Source of the DNA: a virus
IMG/VR virus record: IMGVR_UViG_3300042520_001767
Location: 32,001 to 96,000 of that record
Length of the DNA: 64,000 bases
Reading direction: 5' to 3' (one strand)
Numbering within the stretch: position 1 is the stretch's first letter; each line of letters begins with the position of its first letter. The notes beneath the pieces are model-generated. The model searched no databases and was not told where the DNA came from. It worked only from the letters and a program-made list of their open reading frames with translations. A program made the position numbers and the translations under genes. Positions 46,902 to 56,695 of the stretch are shown here, in pieces.

Positions 46902-49331
46902 TTAAGTTATAGTTATTGTTCTAGTTATACCACTAAGTCTTATTTTTAAACCAGTAAGTGTATTTGATTCTAACCAAACATCACCATCATTTGGTGCCGT
47001 TGGAGCTGAACCAACTCTTAATCTCATTAATGCTGATAATGTTGTTGACGGTGCTATATCTAAATTAGCCGTAGGTGTAGATACCCCAACACCAATCTTT
47101 CCACTTGTAGTTGCACCAGTTAACGGGTTACCCGTAACCGTACCATAAGTACCTGTACCAAACAAAACACCACCTAGATTTAATGAATTTACAGTATTAT
47201 TAGGTAAACTAATATTTGTACCAATTATAATGTTATTTGGGTTAGTATTAGCATTGGTCATCCCATAACCAACCCTAAATCCAATAAAATTAGAATATGT
47301 GTTACCAGATGATTGAAAACCAGTATTAAAACCAATAAAATTACTTGCTCTATTATTAATTGAATAACCACCTGATGTATTACCTATAAAATTACTATTA
47401 AGTGCGTCATTTGCTTGAATACCAGCGTTATTACCGATAAAATTTGAACCCGTTACACCTGTCACACTATTACCAGCGTAATTACCAATAAAATTTGAAG
47501 TTGAAGCATTCCTTGAATTCTGACCAGCATTATTACCAATGAAGTTTGAGTTACTAGAACTTGTTGCACCAGAACCAGATTGTTGACCTAAAAAATTTGA
47601 GTTACTAGCACCTATCGCACCAAAACCAGCTTGATTACCTAAAAAATTTGAGTTATTAGCGGTTGTTGCACCGCTACCAGCTTGATAACCCATAAAATTT
47701 GAGTTATTAGCTGTTGTCGCACCCCTACCAGCTTGATAACCCATAAAGTTTGAGTTATTAGCGTTTGTCGCTTGCCAACCAGTATCATAACCCATAAAGT
47801 TTGAATTACTTGCAGTTGTTGCATTTTGACCAGCATTCTGACCAATAAAATTTGATGTACTAGCACTAGTTGCACCATTACCAGCATATTCACCAAAGAA
47901 ATTTGAATTATTAGCATTTCTTGCGTTTGCACCAGCACGTTGACCAAAAAAGTTTGAATTACTAGCACCTGTCGCACTCACACCAGCAAAATAACCCAAG
48001 AAATTTGAATAACTTGCAGTTGTTGCATTTTGACCAGCATTCTGACCAATAAGATTTGAGTTACTAGCACTTGTTGCATTTCTACCAGCATAATTACCTA
48101 AGAAATTTGAGTTACTAGCATTTGTTGCTTGATAACCAGCAAAATTACCCAAGAAATTTGATAATGAAGCGTTTGTTGCTCCACCACCAGCATAATAACC
48201 AATGAAGTTTGAAGTATTAGCAAGAGTAGCATTTTCACCAGAATTATACCCCATGAAATTCGAGTCATAAGCACCTGTTGCACCATAACCAGCACCCCAT
48301 CCCATGAAATTCGAGTTATAAGCACCTGTCGCATTATAACCAACATTAAACCCGAAGAAATTCGACCTACTAGCATTTGTTGCGCCATAACCAGCATTCC
48401 AACCAAAAAAGTTTGAATTACTAGCACCTATTGCTTGATAACCAGCACTCTCACCAAAGAAATTTGAATTGTTAGCACTAGCTGAACCCCTACCAGCTTG
48501 ATGACCCATAAAATTTGAGTTATCAGCGTTTGTAGCATCTTTACCAGCTAATCTACCAATGAAATTTGAGTCACTAGCATATGCCGCATATTCACCAGCA
48601 CTTGGACCAAAGAAATTAGAAAAAGTAGCACCTATTGCTTGATAACCAGCTCTCTCACCAAAGAAATTTGAGTTACTAGCATTTGTTGCACCATAACCAG
48701 CATAATAACCCATGAAATTTGATAATGAAGCGTTTGTTGCACCATAACCAGCTTGACTACCTAAAAAATTTGAGTTACCAGCGTTTGTCGCCACAAAACC
48801 AGCTTGACTACCTAAAAAATTTGAATTACCAGCGTTTGTTGCGTTCCTACCAGCCTGATAACCTAAAAAATTTGAATTAGAAGCGTTCCCTACACCATAA
48901 CCAGTTTGATAACCAAAAAAGTTTGAATTAGAAGCACCGAACCCCCCATAAGCAACTTGATAACCCATGAAATTTGAATTATTATTAGAACCAGCATAAG
49001 CACCAGCACTAGTACCATAAACAAACATATTACCACTATCAGCCACCGCACCATCACCCAATGCAATAGAACCACTACCATTAGCTGATGGTGGATTTAA
49101 TGGTGGTGTTGCATTTTCAGAATAGTATTTTGGTTTTGAATCAATATCTATAGCAACATAACTAACATAACTATCACCAGTTAATAAAAGCGTATTTGTT
49201 GACGCTGAAAAATATCCACCAGTAACAAACGGTGGTAAAAACCTCTTAGGTACAATACCAGCATCCTCACCACTTTGGCCTAAAGGAGTATAACCACCAA
49301 TCTTACCTTTATTTAACTTACTTTCAAGCAT
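46902..49331 (-). CDS. Adhesin/tail fibre with 34 tandem 17-aa repeats
   Basis: Consensus A(S/N)NSNF(F/L/M/I)GxxAGxxAT(N/S/T/G); 34 SNF/SNL cores counted. Confidence 0.75.
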   Translation of the reverse strand: MLESKLNKGKIGGYTPLGQSGEDAGIVPKRFLPPFVTGGYFSASTNTLLLTGDSYVSYVAIDIDSKPKYYSENATPPLNPPSANGSGSIALGDGAVADSGNMFVYGTSAGAYAGSNNNSNFMGYQVAYGGFGASNSNFFGYQTGYGVGNASNSNFLGYQAGRNATNAGNSNFLGSQAGFVATNAGNSNFLGSQAGYGATNASLSNFMGYYAGYGATNASNSNFFGERAGYQAIGATFSNFFGPSAGEYAAYASDSNFIGRLAGKDATNADNSNFMGHQAGRGSASANNSNFFGESAGYQAIGASNSNFFGWNAGYGATNASRSNFFGFNVGYNATGAYNSNFMGWGAGYGATGAYDSNFMGYNSGENATLANTSNFIGYYAGGGATNASLSNFLGNFAGYQATNASNSNFLGNYAGRNATSASNSNLIGQNAGQNATTASYSNFLGYFAGVSATGASNSNFFGQRAGANARNANNSNFFGEYAGNGATSASTSNFIGQNAGQNATTASNSNFMGYDTGWQATNANNSNFMGYQAGRGATTANNSNFMGYQAGSGATTANNSNFLGNQAGFGAIGASNSNFLGQQSGSGATSSSNSNFIGNNAGQNSRNASTSNFIGNYAGNSVTGVTGSNFIGNNAGIQANDALNSNFIGNTSGGYSINNRASNFIGFNTGFQSSGNTYSNFIGFRVGYGMTNANTNPNNIIIGTNISLPNNTVNSLNLGGVLFGTGTYGTVTGNPLTGATTSGKIGVGVSTPTANLDIAPSTTLSALMRLRVGSAPTAPNDGDVWLESNTLTGLKIRLSGITRTITIT
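47262..48990 (-). repeat. Degenerate 51-bp coding tandem repeat array (~34 units)
   Basis: AAATTTGA(A/G)TTA-type cores recur at 51-nt period on the + strand. Confidence 0.85.
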
Positions 49332-49344
49332 AATTTAATTTTTT

Positions 49345-50247
49345 TTATAATCTTACAGCTTCAATTGTGTAAGTTGTTTCATTATAGTATAGATAGGTAT
49401 TACCAACAACAGCCCCTAAAGCTTCTGTAATTGCAACAATAGCTGTAGCTCTATCTAGATAAGTAGGTAATGAAGAATTTGAGAATACAGTCATTCCATC
49501 CAAACTTCCACCAACATTAACTTGAGCACCAAAAGCATTAACATTACTAGCTGTTGAATTAGCACAAGCACTCTCACCAAAAGCGTTAACATTATTACCA
49601 GTTACACCCTTACCAGCATTCTCACCAAAGAAATTTGAATAAGTAGAATTAATTGCACCATAACCAGCACTTGAACCAAAGAAATTTGAGTTATAAGCGT
49701 TTTTTGCACCATAACCAGCACTCTGACCTATAAAATTTGAATTTCTAGCATCTGTTGCTTCATAACCAGCCTGATTACCAAAGAAATTTGAGTTATCAGC
49801 GTTTGTAGCACCAGCACCAGCTTGAGGGCCCATGAAATTTGAGTTATAAGCACTTGTTGCGTACCTACCAGCACTTGGACCAAAGAAATTTGAATCACTA
49901 GCATCATCTGCACCCTCACCAGCACTATCACCAAAGAAAATTGAATTACTAGGTGAGAACGTATTATTAGTTCCAAGACCAGTTGATAATAACGAAGTTC
50001 CATTAACAACAGTTATAGGTGAACTTACTATACCGTTTACAGTATATGTAGTGTTATTATTATATGTAAATATTATAGAATCACCACTATATGTAGCACC
50101 AGTGGTGTATATACTATAATAATAGTTTCCATCATCATCTTTAACTTTTATTGTTTTATTTTCAGTATCTAAAAATAAATTAAAATTACCAACGTTAGAT
50201 GTTGGTACTGATGAAGCATTTTGTGCTTGTAATTGAATGTATTGCAT
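49345..50247 (-). CDS. Adhesin/tail fibre with ~7 copies of the same 17-aa repeat
   Basis: SNFFGPSAG, SNFMGPQAG, SNFFGNQAG, etc. Confidence 0.7.
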   Translation of the reverse strand: MQYIQLQAQNASSVPTSNVGNFNLFLDTENKTIKVKDDDGNYYYSIYTTGATYSGDSIIFTYNNNTTYTVNGIVSSPITVVNGTSLLSTGLGTNNTFSPSNSIFFGDSAGEGADDASDSNFFGPSAGRYATSAYNSNFMGPQAGAGATNADNSNFFGNQAGYEATDARNSNFIGQSAGYGAKNAYNSNFFGSSAGYGAINSTYSNFFGENAGKGVTGNNVNAFGESACANSTASNVNAFGAQVNVGGSLDGMTVFSNSSLPTYLDRATAIVAITEALGAVVGNTYLYYNETTYTIEAVRL

Positions 50248-50253
50248 AGTTTT

Positions 50254-50670
50254 TTATTTTAAAATTCCTGTTCCTATTATTGTTGAGTTTCCACTAAATA
50301 TTATCGCACCAGCAATATCGATTAAACCATTATTAATAATATTGCTATTTAATAATAATAAATTACCACCGATATAAATTTTAGCGTATTTATCAAATGT
50401 TATACTACCTATTGTTATTTCTGTATCTTTTTGTAATTCTAAATTGGTATCGACTAAAACATAATCACCAGCTATTGTAATGGTTTCATCACTTGTTATT
50501 ATTTTTGTGTTGTTTTCTTCCCAATGCTTTATGTTAATATATGGAGCAATAAAATCGGTTAAACCACTTAAACTAATTTTTTTAGTAATTCCATTATTAA
50601 CTATAGGTAAAACATCATCAATACTAGGATTAATGTTAAAGTCAAACTGAATTATTTTTTTATTTGGCAT
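50254..50670 (-). CDS. Small tail fibre-associated protein
   Basis: MPNKKIIQF...DDVLPIVNNGITKKISL fibre-anchor-like N-terminus. Confidence 0.5.
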   Translation of the reverse strand: MPNKKIIQFDFNINPSIDDVLPIVNNGITKKISLSGLTDFIAPYINIKHWEENNTKIITSDETITIAGDYVLVDTNLELQKDTEITIGSITFDKYAKIYIGGNLLLLNSNIINNGLIDIAGAIIFSGNSTIIGTGILK

Positions 50671-50730
50671 GATTTATTTAGTTTATTATAAATATGTAAT
50701 TTTAATTTAAAATATTAATATTTTCATTAT

Positions 50731-52596
50731 TTACCAATTAATTCCATACCCATCTTCTTGTAGTATAAAACCATTATCTTCTGTAATAATTAAATTGTCA
50801 TCTTTTAAGCCATAATTAGGTGCTTCAGTAACATAATTATTACGTATTTGACATAATGACATATCGCAAATATTAAATTTAAACTGAGAAATCCCACCAA
50901 TAAAGGTACCACCAAAATTTTGTTCAATCGGTAACCCTCTATCCGATAAATCTAACCCACCAAAAGTTTGACTATCTATTAAACCCTGACTACCACCACC
51001 TAAACTGAAATTAAATGGTACACCAACTTGTTTTGATTTGTATTCATCTAATCGTCTAGCTATAAATTCATCAAAATCTTTTACAGTAAATTTAAGATAA
51101 CCATTTATATAAAATTTAAGATTACCCTTTCTACCTTTAATATTTTTTAATTCACAATCAGTCTTGTAATCGGTTTCAAATTTTATTACAACATATTGCC
51201 AATCTTCTTGATTTATCAATCCAGCTTCAGAATACTCCTCAGTTATAGTTACACCACTAACATATTTACTTTCAACACCAGTTGTTATACATGAACCAGT
51301 AACTGTTAATAATCTATAACCAATACTACCATCTGGTTTTATTCTAAAACCTAATGCATTATCAATAATATCTAAATTATAATCAATACTAGTTTCATCA
51401 CTAGTAATACCACTAAAACAAGGAACCATTGCACTACCCAAACCATCATTAGGTCCCTCACAACATGTATCACCAGAACTTATAATTCCAGAACCCCTAC
51501 CATAGATTAAAAATGGGTTTTGAGTGTTTGTAACTGTTTGTCTAACACTAGAAACAGCTATACCTTCACCATCATAACAACACGCTGTTTGAGAGCCTAA
51601 ACCATTATACCTATCTATACCAATACCAGAATTGTTATTTATTGTTGTTGCTGAATTGTAAATTGTTACACCAGTTAATGGTTCTGGTCTACCATCATAT
51701 GTTCTACCATATATTAGAAAACCATTTGTTATCAAATCAATTTCAGTTCTTGGTGGAGCTAAAGAAATTCCCAAACCATAATCACCGACAATAGTTATTT
51801 CTGTTTCTTTAGGTATCGTACACCATTCACTAACATCTTCAGTACAACCAGTAACACAATCACGAGTACAACCAGTATCACTACCACTCCATTGATTCCA
51901 AAACTTATTTTCAGCTCTAGTACCCATATAAAAGAAAAATCCTTCATTATTTGGATAAACGTCATTAAGTGTTTGTCCACTAGTTATTGAAAACCTTTTA
52001 TTTTTCAACCAAAATTCAGCAACCCAAGCTTGGTTAACTCTAGTTGGTAATACCTCATAAGTCGAACCATCTATTTTATAATAACCTTGATAAAAACCAC
52101 CGTAAAGATTTACGAAATTACCAACTGTTGGTATGTTTGGGTCAATCATTATCTCATATGGGTAAACATAATTACCAGTTGTACCACTAACTGCATGCAT
52201 ATTCAATCTAGTATCACCAGAATTAATAACTAGTGTTGTACCAGTTAACGCAGATAATAAAGCTTGATTAGACGTGTCACCACTTTGTTTGTCAAATAAA
52301 ATTAAACCATTATCTATACCTGTTAAACCAATAGTATTAAAGGTATAACCAGTATTTACTGCACCACTCCATGAAACAAGACTATAAATATTATCACCAT
52401 TAATTGAAGTAGGTGTACTATTGTTGTATATATTTTGGTTATTAAAATCATACCAAACAACAAAACACTCACCTTCAGTTAACTGACCGCAATACGGTGT
52501 AGGTCCTTCATCATTTGCTAAATAAAAATCCCAATAATCACTATTTGATAGTTTAAGGTCTAGTTTATTAAAGTTAAAGTTTTTTATATTTCCCAT
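50731..52596 (-). CDS. Virion protein with concanavalin A/LamG-like lectin fold
   Basis: AWVAEFWLK, EGFFFYMGTRAENK, WQYVVIKF, LKFYINGYLK, FIGGISQFKFN. Confidence 0.55.
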   Translation of the reverse strand: MGNIKNFNFNKLDLKLSNSDYWDFYLANDEGPTPYCGQLTEGECFVVWYDFNNQNIYNNSTPTSINGDNIYSLVSWSGAVNTGYTFNTIGLTGIDNGLILFDKQSGDTSNQALLSALTGTTLVINSGDTRLNMHAVSGTTGNYVYPYEIMIDPNIPTVGNFVNLYGGFYQGYYKIDGSTYEVLPTRVNQAWVAEFWLKNKRFSITSGQTLNDVYPNNEGFFFYMGTRAENKFWNQWSGSDTGCTRDCVTGCTEDVSEWCTIPKETEITIVGDYGLGISLAPPRTEIDLITNGFLIYGRTYDGRPEPLTGVTIYNSATTINNNSGIGIDRYNGLGSQTACCYDGEGIAVSSVRQTVTNTQNPFLIYGRGSGIISSGDTCCEGPNDGLGSAMVPCFSGITSDETSIDYNLDIIDNALGFRIKPDGSIGYRLLTVTGSCITTGVESKYVSGVTITEEYSEAGLINQEDWQYVVIKFETDYKTDCELKNIKGRKGNLKFYINGYLKFTVKDFDEFIARRLDEYKSKQVGVPFNFSLGGGSQGLIDSQTFGGLDLSDRGLPIEQNFGGTFIGGISQFKFNICDMSLCQIRNNYVTEAPNYGLKDDNLIITEDNGFILQEDGYGINW

Positions 52597-55271
52597 TAAA
52601 AAATTTCTAAATTAGTTCTTCTCCAACCTGTACTAGTTTTAATGTACATGAAGTTATCATCTCTCGTTATATTCCCTTCACTACCAGTACTATCACTTGA
52701 CGAGGTTGGTGTGTATAAAGGAATCGTTAATGCGTTAGGTTTAAAATCATTATTTGTTATGAAATTACCATCAGAATCAGTTATTAAATCAGCTGATTTG
52801 TTTATACCTTTTGCGTGTAATATACTTAACCCACCACCTATCGCTGTTTGTTGTGTACCATTAAAGTTTAATTCAACGTTATTATCTTCAGCTAAAATTG
52901 TTTGTGTTTCTAAATGCGTATTATTTGATGTGGTCATACCAGAAGCTAATTCTTTAACCGCTTCAACTAATATTGGTACTATTTCGTTATAATTTAAAGA
53001 TAGCATTCCATCACCTTTTGCTCTAGTTCTAACTATATCTGGTACATAATTTTGAACTTCTTGAGCGATAAAACCATATTTAATACCACCACCCATCTCA
53101 GATTCTGGTGTATATTCAAATGAAACACCTCTAAGATTCTTAATTATATCTAGTGAGTTATCTAAATCATTTATATTTTGTTTAAGTCTAGCATCTGAAG
53201 CACCAGCAACTATTTTACCAATTGCATTTGTTGCTATTGGGTCAGTTGATGTTAACCCATCAATTATTAAGTCTGGAACATATACAGCATTACCAGTATT
53301 AGCTGTAATATTTTGACCACCAATTATTACAGTGTTACCAACATTTATTATTTTATTATTTTGACCACCAATTATTGCTGACTCATCAGCATTATCAATA
53401 ATATTTAATTTACCACCAGCAATTATATTATTACCGTCAAAAGTAGGGCTAGTTAATATATGATTACTACCACCAAGTATTATTGAATCAAAATTATTAG
53501 TTATTTTATGATTAATTCCACCAATAATACTTGACCAAGTTGAATTATCAACACTACCTGAATATGTATTCAAGACTAACGAATTAATTGACGAATTACT
53601 AATATTGGATAATTGACTACCAATTGACGATGATTGTACAGAATTTTCAATTATTGAGTTATTTTCACCACCAATAATTAAACCATTATCTGAATCATAT
53701 ATTGAATTATAGCTACCATTAATTACTGTAGAATAATCACTATTACCTGTTGAACCAGTAATATTTTGATATTCACCACCAATAATAATACTTGAGGTGA
53801 TTAGAGCACCACCTTTAATTTTAGAAGCATAAGTATTCAATAACATACATTGATAACCACTATCAATTGTTGATTGCTCACCACCAATAATTGTTGATGC
53901 GTTAATGTTATTTGTTGTACAATTATCACTACCAATCATGGTTGATAAAGATGTCAAACCGAACATATTAGATTGATAATTGGTAATCATAGTATTAAAC
54001 GTATTTGCGCCAATCATATTCATTTCTGAACCACCAATCATTATTGAATTATTAAAACCAACAACCGATGTGTTATAATATGTTGAACCACCACCACCTA
54101 ACATTATAGTATTAGCTTCACCAGTATAATAATCAGATGTCATTACATGGTTAACACCACCTATTATTGATGAATAATCCATATTTTTAGATATGGTTGA
54201 ATTTAATGAGGTGATTATAGATGAATTAGAATCATAAATATTATTACCACCACCACCAATTATAGAAAAATAATTCGTTTTACCAGTCACAACATTATTT
54301 TCACCACCAATTATAGAACCCCACCCATAATTATTATCACAATTTATCGTATTATTTTGACCACCTAAAATACTAGAAAAAAATGTAGTACTTATGTTAT
54401 TAAGTTCACCACCTAAAATAGTTGAATAAGAAGAAAAGAAATCAATAGTAGAATCATGTGAATAAACAAATGAATTTAAAGCATTCGCTATTGTATATGT
54501 ACCACCAGCTAGTGAATAATCACCGTTTGATTCGGTATACGAACCTTGAGATATAGCTCCTACACCACCAGCAAGACTATTATTCTGATTTTCATTTAAA
54601 ATTGCCGAATAAAGACCTTGACCATCTGACCATAAGGAATAAGTACTACCACTACCTGAACTCACTAACCACTCACCTTTACCTTCAGAATCAATACATG
54701 TCCACACATAACCAACTTGTGCCTTATCCTTAATTATAAGTCTATCCGTTCTAGTTATCCCAGAAACATCAACCCAAATAGTTCTACCAGTAAAATCTAA
54801 ACCAGTAGCGTCTAAATAATCAACAGATACTGTAAATAATTCACCACTATAATTTCCACCACCTAAGTCAATCATATCAACAACATCAACATTATAACTT
54901 ACACCAGTATAATGTGTATATCCAGTGTTTCCATCTACATTAAAATAAGAACTAACGTCTGGAACATAAAAACTACCAGAAGATTGAGTATCGGCAGAAT
55001 TTGAGGGTGTTATAGCTGAAAATACTGAATCAGCTATACTCATATTACTATCACCCCATGTAAATATAGTAGTTGTGTTGTTTCCAGAAAAAGTACTATC
55101 AACATTAAATATCGTTTGTGTAATAGAACTTAATACTGGGTTAGGACCAGTTGGTAAATCGCTATATGGTAGACCAAAAGTAGTCGCACCAGATAGATTA
55201 GTAGTTGTATTAATTCGTTGTTTTGCTTGTCTATTATCAGAAAAGTCTAATTTTGTTCTAAATATACCCAT
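52596..55271 (-). CDS. Tail spike/fibre with beta-helix repeats and peptidase S74 intramolecular chaperone
   Basis: SxIxGGxxN repeats; GASDARLKQNI...LRGVSF...YGFIAQEV...SLNYNEIVPILVEAVKEL. Confidence 0.8.
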   Translation of the reverse strand: MGIFRTKLDFSDNRQAKQRINTTTNLSGATTFGLPYSDLPTGPNPVLSSITQTIFNVDSTFSGNNTTTIFTWGDSNMSIADSVFSAITPSNSADTQSSGSFYVPDVSSYFNVDGNTGYTHYTGVSYNVDVVDMIDLGGGNYSGELFTVSVDYLDATGLDFTGRTIWVDVSGITRTDRLIIKDKAQVGYVWTCIDSEGKGEWLVSSGSGSTYSLWSDGQGLYSAILNENQNNSLAGGVGAISQGSYTESNGDYSLAGGTYTIANALNSFVYSHDSTIDFFSSYSTILGGELNNISTTFFSSILGGQNNTINCDNNYGWGSIIGGENNVVTGKTNYFSIIGGGGNNIYDSNSSIITSLNSTISKNMDYSSIIGGVNHVMTSDYYTGEANTIMLGGGGSTYYNTSVVGFNNSIMIGGSEMNMIGANTFNTMITNYQSNMFGLTSLSTMIGSDNCTTNNINASTIIGGEQSTIDSGYQCMLLNTYASKIKGGALITSSIIIGGEYQNITGSTGNSDYSTVINGSYNSIYDSDNGLIIGGENNSIIENSVQSSSIGSQLSNISNSSINSLVLNTYSGSVDNSTWSSIIGGINHKITNNFDSIILGGSNHILTSPTFDGNNIIAGGKLNIIDNADESAIIGGQNNKIINVGNTVIIGGQNITANTGNAVYVPDLIIDGLTSTDPIATNAIGKIVAGASDARLKQNINDLDNSLDIIKNLRGVSFEYTPESEMGGGIKYGFIAQEVQNYVPDIVRTRAKGDGMLSLNYNEIVPILVEAVKELASGMTTSNNTHLETQTILAEDNNVELNFNGTQQTAIGGGLSILHAKGINKSADLITDSDGNFITNNDFKPNALTIPLYTPTSSSDSTGSEGNITRDDNFMYIKTSTGWRRTNLEIF

Positions 55272-55286
55272 TTTATAGCTTTTATT

Positions 55287-55316
55287 ATAAATATTCCGTA
55301 TTTCTAATATATTTAT
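55287..55316. promoter_or_regulatory. Back-to-back candidate late promoters (ATATTTAT on each strand)
   Basis: ATAAATAT 55287-55294 faces the minus-strand gene and ATATTTAT 55309-55316 faces the plus-strand gene, each ~16 nt from its ATG. Confidence 0.6.
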
Positions 55317-55331
55317 AATAAAACTTAATTT

Positions 55332-55826
55332 ATGGCAACATTTAAAAAGAAAGATTTACAAGAATTGGTTGGTGGTGATTTTACATCTGCTGGAGGTGAT
55401 AGAAATGTAACAAATAATAGTGAGATAGAAACTGGTCCAGTTCAAAAAGATTTTAAAGATGATTCATCTTTTGAAAAAGGTGTTTCAACCACAACAGATA
55501 AAGTATTTGGTCGTTATAGACAAAATATTCCATGGTTTGCTGTGTATAGTTTTGGTGGTTCTAGAACTGGTGGTTTACCAGTTAACTACGGTATTAATGA
55601 AGAAAATAAAAACACTATTATCACTAAAAAAAGTGTTGAAGAAAAAATTGAAGATTTAGTTAAAAAAAGTAAATCATCTGATATTAATTCAAAAGACTAT
55701 AATCCTAAAGTTGAAAAAGTTTTAGATGAAATTTCCGATTTGGATTTATCTGAAAAACAAATTGAAGAATTACTAAAAGCACTTGAATATAAAAAGAATA
55801 ACCCTTCTAAAACTAGAAATATATAA
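55332..55826 (+). CDS. Hypothetical protein (164 aa)
   Basis: First gene of a plus-strand operon with overlapping or closely spaced stops and starts. Confidence 0.65.
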   Translation: MATFKKKDLQELVGGDFTSAGGDRNVTNNSEIETGPVQKDFKDDSSFEKGVSTTTDKVFGRYRQNIPWFAVYSFGGSRTGGLPVNYGINEENKNTIITKKSVEEKIEDLVKKSKSSDINSKDYNPKVEKVLDEISDLDLSEKQIEELLKALEYKKNNPSKTRNI

Positions 55827-56227
55827 TGAAAACCAATTTAGATAACACAAATTTCAATCACGACAATAAACAATTGGATGGTGAAGCACTAAAAATGCGT
55901 GAAACTAGGTTAAATAAAGAATTGAAAGACGGAACTATAACACCAGATGGTGAAAAAGAGTTAGAAGAAATTAAAAAGAAATTATTTCACGCTAGAGACA
56001 TAATTAATAAAGGTAAAGAAATCACCAAAGATACAGATTATAGAAATACTTTTAGAGACGAAGAAAATGTTATGAAAGTTGGTACTGCTAATTTATCCAA
56101 AAAAAGTGATAAATCGGGTCCAACTAGTAATATATTATCAAATAAACAAGCAATGAATGAAGAAATTTCTTCAATTAGATATTTAATAGAATATATGAAT
56201 AACAATAACAAAAAACAAAAAATATAA
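55826..56227 (+). CDS. Hypothetical protein (133 aa)
   Basis: TAATG coupling to the upstream gene; ends MNEEISSIRYLIEYM. Confidence 0.6.
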   Translation: MKTNLDNTNFNHDNKQLDGEALKMRETRLNKELKDGTITPDGEKELEEIKKKLFHARDIINKGKEITKDTDYRNTFRDEENVMKVGTANLSKKSDKSGPTSNILSNKQAMNEEISSIRYLIEYMNNNNKKQKI

Positions 56228-56230
56228 ATT

Positions 56231-56689
56231 ATGCCAACTCCTTACAATGGTGGTCAATCACCACTAGAAAATTATGCAATAAATGGAAACCCATTATATC
56301 CTGGTACTGGTAGATTAGCTATTATCGGTCAAACAAAAATTGGTACAACTAAATATGCTTTTAATGGACCTTATAAAAACCCAGAAATTACAGGTAGTCC
56401 AAGTTCACAATATGGTTTAACTCACACAAACGCAATTGCTGATAGTGTAAGTAAATACAATGGTAGAGGTACTGGTGATGGTGTATCACAAGGTGTTTAT
56501 GGTGCCATAACTAATTATAATGGTGGTAATGTTGAAGATATAAACGGTGTTTTATCACAACCAGGCTCTGGTCGTAATTCACAAGTAACATTAAATGCTG
56601 GTACTTGGGGTTATGGACCAAAACCAATTGCTGGTAGTAATTATGTTGCACCTAATATGGCTGGTAACACTGGACAAGTAATTATTTAA
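56231..56689 (+). CDS. Gly/Asn/Pro-rich hypothetical protein, probably virion
   Basis: 152-aa ORF within the operon. Confidence 0.6.
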   Translation: MPTPYNGGQSPLENYAINGNPLYPGTGRLAIIGQTKIGTTKYAFNGPYKNPEITGSPSSQYGLTHTNAIADSVSKYNGRGTGDGVSQGVYGAITNYNGGNVEDINGVLSQPGSGRNSQVTLNAGTWGYGPKPIAGSNYVAPNMAGNTGQVII

Positions 56690-56695
56690 TTTTAC

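Noticed and set aside
46902-50247. Diversity-generating retroelement acting on the Asn-rich repeats
   Set aside because: No reverse transcriptase in the window and no template/variable pair differing only at adenines. Many variable codons (CAA, GAG, TGG) do not fit AAY mutagenesis. A distant DGR cannot be excluded.
55287-55316. Archaeal or eukaryotic giant-virus origin from the TTTATA-like motif
   Set aside because: Sheath, tube and baseplate genes, intrinsic terminators and Bacteroidota sigma promoters indicate a bacterial tailed phage.
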